Shown here: positions 61,941 to 64,000 of the stretch, piece by piece
How the letters are laid out: every line of letters starts with the position of its first letter
Position numbering within the stretch: position 1 is the stretch's first letter
NCBI RefSeq assembly: GCF_002282715.1
Contig: NZ_NCKC01000008.1
Coordinates: forward strand, 15,992-79,991
DNA: 64,000 bases
Direction: 5' to 3'
From: Halothiobacillus sp. 15-55-196
GTDB taxonomy: Bacteria; Pseudomonadota; Gammaproteobacteria; Halothiobacillales; Halothiobacillaceae
Notes under the pieces: model-generated
Database searches by the model: none
What the model was told of the DNA's origin: nothing
What the model saw: only the letters and a program-made list of their open reading frames with translations
Program-made: the position numbers and the translations under genes

Positions 61941-62679
61941 TCTGACCTCATTCGATCAGGCGGTAACCTTTCTACAGCAGCATCAACAAACTGCCTATAT
62001 CATTCTTTTTTTTGGCGCGCTGCTTGAAACTGTCATCCCTTTTTCCCTGATTGTCCTAGGAGAAGTTTTTTTTCTCTCTGGGGCTGTCCTGGCAGGGCTT
62101 GGTGTGCTTGATATCTGGGTTGTCATGCTCGTGTTATTCAGCGGCGGAATTCTGGGCGATAACCTAAGTTACTGGTTGGGCTATCGATATGGGAACGGCC
62201 TGTTTGATCGACTGCAACACTGGCCGTTGATCGGTCGAATGGTTCACCAGGAGAACTACGAAAAAGGGGTAGCCTTCTTCGAAAAACGAGGCGCTTCGGC
62301 TGTTTTTATTGCGCGTTTGAGTGGACCGTTATCATGGATAACGCCGACTCTAGCCGGAATATTTCGCTTGAACTACGGCACGTTTGTTCGCTTCAATACT
62401 CCGGCTGTGATGATTGGAATCAGCCAGTTCATTATTCTGGGTTATTTCTTCGGCAGTTATATTCGCCCTGTACTAAATTGGGCTCATCAGTACGGTCTGG
62501 CACTTGCTTTGATTGTTGTCGGTCTGATCGCGGCTTTTTTTCTCTTGCGCCGTTTTTTTTCCTGGCGTCAGCGCAGTGAGCGGACGCGAGAAGAGATCAT
62601 TCAGTTCATCCTGCGTCATTTCGGTTTGTCACTATTGATCGGCGGGTGCGTTTTTATTGGTGTTATGATCCTGATTTGA
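61927..62679 (+). CDS. DedA-family inner-membrane protein
   Basis: It overlaps the preceding gene by 14 nt. The LGDNLSYWLGYRYG and RLSGPLSWITPTLAG motifs are typical of DedA/SNARE-associated proteins; multiple TM helices. Confidence 0.85.
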   Translation: MSFADLTSFDQAVTFLQQHQQTAYIILFFGALLETVIPFSLIVLGEVFFLSGAVLAGLGVLDIWVVMLVLFSGGILGDNLSYWLGYRYGNGLFDRLQHWPLIGRMVHQENYEKGVAFFEKRGASAVFIARLSGPLSWITPTLAGIFRLNYGTFVRFNTPAVMIGISQFIILGYFFGSYIRPVLNWAHQYGLALALIVVGLIAAFFLLRRFFSWRQRSERTREEIIQFILRHFGLSLLIGGCVFIGVMILI

Positions 62680-62685
62680 AGACAA

Positions 62686-62716
62686 ATAAAAAAGCCAGCG
62701 TACGCTGGCTTTTTCT
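62686..62716. terminator. bidirectional rho-independent terminator between DedA and soxA
   Basis: An A-run, then AGCCAGC-GTAC-GCTGGCT, then TTTTT. Confidence 0.8.
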
Positions 62717-62732
62717 CGTTCACTTTGTGCGC

Positions 62733-63638
62733 TTACTTGCGCAGGGCCGGTCCGTTAATTTCAAGGCCATTATCGATGTAAGCCAGGAAGTATTCCAGAT
62801 CAAGCATATTTGATGAGTATTGCTTGAACGGGATGGTGCGCGTGTCACGCATGCAACCAAACAGACGGTTATTCAGAGTAATCATCTTACCTTTGCTATA
62901 ACGGAACACTGGGAAACCCGTCGTGTTCCCAATGCCTGGATGCAGGGTTTCAGAACGAGCCATTTGTGTAGCGTGGTACATATGGCAATCGGCACAAGAC
63001 ATATTCAGTTGGCCTGTTTTACGGAAAAACATGTGCTTGCCGTTGTTGAATGCCGCTACCGCTTTGGGATCATTGGGAACTTTTACATCAACTTTCAGCC
63101 CTTGTGACATACTGGACAGATAGGCTGAAACACTGGCGAGGTCCTTGTAGCCCTTTTTGGAGCCCAATGACTCGTCCTTGGGTACACCGGCATTTAGTTG
63201 GCAGTTAATCAAATCCGATTCCAGATCATGAACCTTGCCATCTTTGGTATTAAAGTAAGGGTATTTGGCGCGCAAGCCTTTTGCATCCCCTACACATGAA
63301 GATAGTGGTTTGCCATTGGGCAGGCGGTAGTCTTCCCAAAATTTCTTACCCGCGGCAATGTAGTCATCCTGAGGTGGGAACTGCATCATGTCCTGGTACT
63401 GGCTGTATGCATCCTTATCAAATGCATACACACCCATGTTGTACTTATCATGCGGGATCTGCGGGAAATTCTTGTAAAAATAGTTGCGATATTCCTCGGC
63501 GAACTTTGCAGGATCGCTGGGGTTGTTGAGTGGATTATAATTATTAGCGGCTGATGGGGCGTTGTTGTCTGCGGCCATGACTGTGCCTACGCCAGTTCCG
63601 ATGGCAGCAATAAGTAATGTTGTAACTAGCTTTTTCAT
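62733..63638 (-). CDS. soxA: SoxA, monohaem cytochrome subunit of the SoxAX complex
   Basis: ATG 63638 lies 9 nt after GAGGAG. Signal peptide MKKLVTTLLIAAIGTGVGTVMA. There is a single CxxCH (CADCH) and a conserved Cys ligand context LFGCMRD. It lies directly downstream of soxX. Confidence 0.85.
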   Translation of the reverse strand: MKKLVTTLLIAAIGTGVGTVMAADNNAPSAANNYNPLNNPSDPAKFAEEYRNYFYKNFPQIPHDKYNMGVYAFDKDAYSQYQDMMQFPPQDDYIAAGKKFWEDYRLPNGKPLSSCVGDAKGLRAKYPYFNTKDGKVHDLESDLINCQLNAGVPKDESLGSKKGYKDLASVSAYLSSMSQGLKVDVKVPNDPKAVAAFNNGKHMFFRKTGQLNMSCADCHMYHATQMARSETLHPGIGNTTGFPVFRYSKGKMITLNNRLFGCMRDTRTIPFKQYSSNMLDLEYFLAYIDNGLEINGPALRK

Positions 63639-63681
63639 GCTAACGAGCTCCTCGTGAAATGTTGATTTGCGTTCGCTGCGC

Positions 63682-64000
63682 TTAAAGGGTGTACAGATAG
63701 TCGACGACTTTCTCAATCTGTTCCTTGGTCAGGATCTTGTGGTCACCGAAAGGTGGCATGATCACGCCGCTACCAAACTTTTTGCGTGGATCCCAAACCA
63801 CATCAAACAATTCCTGTTTGTTGGGGTAGCGGATCTTCATTGCAATCAACGCGGGGCCGATGTTACCGGGCTGTGCGCCGTCGGCCATTTTATGGCAGGC
63901 GAGGCAATTTCCCTCGCTCTTGTTAAAGGCAATTGACTTGCCCTCTTCCTGATTTTTGGTGAGGGTTGTGTCGGCCGCAAAAGCTTGTCCTGCAACGAGC
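63682..64000 (-). CDS. soxX: SoxX, small monohaem cytochrome subunit of SoxAX (5' end lies outside the window)
   Basis: Reading the minus strand to the window edge gives ...LVAGQAFAADTTLTKNQEEGKSIAFNKSEGNCLACHKMADGAQPGNIGP...MPPFG...VVDYLYTL. This shows the end of a signal peptide, a CLACH haem motif and an MPPFG Met ligand. Confidence 0.85.
   Translation of the reverse strand, partial: LVAGQAFAADTTLTKNQEEGKSIAFNKSEGNCLACHKMADGAQPGNIGPALIAMKIRYPNKQELFDVVWDPRKKFGSGVIMPPFGDHKILTKEQIEKVVDYLYTL

Overview
This window is mostly core chromosome from a moderately GC-rich, sulfur-oxidising Proteobacterium. Gene order looks Gamma- or Beta-proteobacterial; the genus cannot be assigned from sequence alone.

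In order, the window contains:
- the ftsH 3' end, folP, a dihaem cytochrome c, glmM, tpiA, secG and tRNA-Leu(GAG)
- the complete 14-gene nuoA-N operon plus a DUF2818 membrane protein
- a minus-strand block: hflD, mnmA, NUDIX hydrolase, serC, an orphan ATP-grasp ligase
- rpoS, a MarR regulator, aroK
- pilQPONM, divergent from mrcA
- hemE, gltD, yqeY, rpsU, purT, ogt, deaD and a GT4 glycosyltransferase
- fabD-fabG-acpP-fabF-pabB-pabC-mltG-tmk-holB
- a stand-alone soxB, then an asparaginase-N-domain protein, DUF3579 and rimO
- a DUF3565-moaB-(GT-B/GT2 fusion)-DedA operon
- soxA and a partial soxX at the right edge

I saw no rRNA, CRISPR array, prophage, integrase or complete IS element.

No obvious new multi-gene system such as a defence island is visible. 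The candidates most worth follow-up are:
1. An orphan ATP-grasp ligase translationally coupled to serC, preceded by a doubtful small ORF.
2. A 143-bp MITE-like element with perfect 17-bp terminal inverted repeats and a TAAC duplication.
3. A two-domain glycosyltransferase fusion overlapping a DedA gene.
4. A dispersed sox layout: solo soxB, and soxXA without soxYZ or soxK.
5. A pseudo-nucleotidyltransferase coupled to mrcA.

All calls rest on reading the supplied translations and the DNA by eye. No database search or computation was run.
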